Notes under the pieces: generated by a model | Told to the model about the DNA's origin: nothing | Seen by the model: only the letters and a program-made list of their open reading frames with translations | Databases searched by the model: none | Assembly (NCBI GenBank): GCA_964016885.1 | Contig: OZ024743.1 | Location: 177,010,001 to 177,074,000, forward strand | DNA: 64,000 nucleotides | Source: Eledone cirrhosa | Taxonomy: Eukaryota | Direction: 5' to 3' | Position numbers and translations under genes: made by a program | Part shown: one piece after another, positions 63,089 to 64,000 of the stretch | How positions within the stretch are numbered: position 1 is the first letter of the stretch | Layout: each line of letters opens with the position of its first letter

Positions 63089-63801
63089 TATATATATGAC
63101 TGCATTATAAAGTTGATTTTTACAACATGCAGGGTTATGGTTTAGAATAAGGACACCGTATCCCTGGATGTCTAAGAAGTGACTAATAAGGTTGGAGTTA
63201 AGAAGGGCATTCAGCTGTCAAACAATTCCTTAAAAGCCCATGCCAACATGGAATAGTGGACAGAATTACAAAGATGATGATAAGATAGATAGAATTATCA
63301 TTATTTTTATGTCCACTTTTCCATTCCGGCATGAGTTGGATATAATAATTGTTTCTACATTTGGCACAAGGCCAGCAATTTACCAGTACATTACTGGTAC
63401 TTTATTTTATAATAATGATAATGAAAATTTTTATGTACAATGCTCAGGTACACTACAATTCATCAACGATGTATGTATAATACATAGAATAATGTACAAA
63501 AGTCAGGAAAGTGAACATGAGCCATGATATATACACAGACACACATGCGTGTGTGTGTGTGTATGGAGCGGGAATATCAGGTATAGTGTTGGTGAATTTC
63601 GAGAAGCATGGAAGTTTTGAAGCTAATAACTAGTGCAGGTAATTTGTTCCATGTTTCAGCAACTCTGAGTGTAAAAAAATGAGGCTAAGCTGCAGCCCAG
63701 TGAGATGAAACCCAGAACCAGGTGATATCAAAGTGAAATTCTAAATCACACAGCAATGATTGACTCCAAAATGTACTTTTTAGAATGAAAGGCATATTCA
63801 C

Positions 63802-63933
63802 CTTGGAGGTTTTAACTGATTTCCGGTGGGATTTTTCTATGGCAGTTTTGGCACTCTTGGAACTGGTTATCTCTTGTTTTACATCATAAGCCAAAGTGGG
63901 TAGTATTTGTTTCTGATTCTGCTCATGAAGACG
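63802..63933 (-). CDS. CCDC138: Probable internal coding exon (132 bp, phase 0/0) of the same host gene: RLHEQNQKQILPTLAYDVKQEITSSKSAKTAIEKSHRKSVKTSK
   Basis: atattttAG|CGT...TCCAAG|GTgaat, open in phase 0. Joining it to the 18920 exon gives ...KTSK|VLQ..., recalling CCDC138 RL...SKTYK|VPL. Identity is from memory and unverified. Confidence 0.5.
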
Positions 63934-64000
63934 CTAAAATATATATATACATATATGCATCATCATCTTCATCACAATTTTATATATATATATATAGAGA

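Overview
Eukaryotic, AT-rich, microsatellite-dense genomic DNA. The repeat types (RTE LINEs with (GAT)n tails, tRNA-derived SINEs, Penelope-like elements, long (TA)n tracts) suggest a cephalopod/octopus genome; this is an inference. Layout: 1-9.6 kb is a 52-bp satellite with higher-order structure. The remainder is mostly retroelements. About 45 kb of it (18921-63801) appears to be one intron between two minus-strand exons resembling CCDC138. Main observations: (i) a 4.5-kb array of >99%-identical 591-bp units, each carrying a type I hammerhead ribozyme with a compensatory U3-A8 core (retrozyme-like), arranged as two head-to-head tandem blocks; (ii) a 10.4-kb near-perfect palindrome of two head-to-head Penelope-like copies whose ~4-kb 3' region is mostly microsatellite and ends in a hammerhead; (iii) a second 655-bp hammerhead-bearing unit with the same head-to-head geometry; (iv) a nearly intact RTE LINE with a PHD finger embedded in its reverse transcriptase. 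About 20 intact or decayed hammerhead motifs were read by eye. Most ORFs in the supplied track are microsatellite or antisense artefacts. All family assignments come from motif recognition without database searches.
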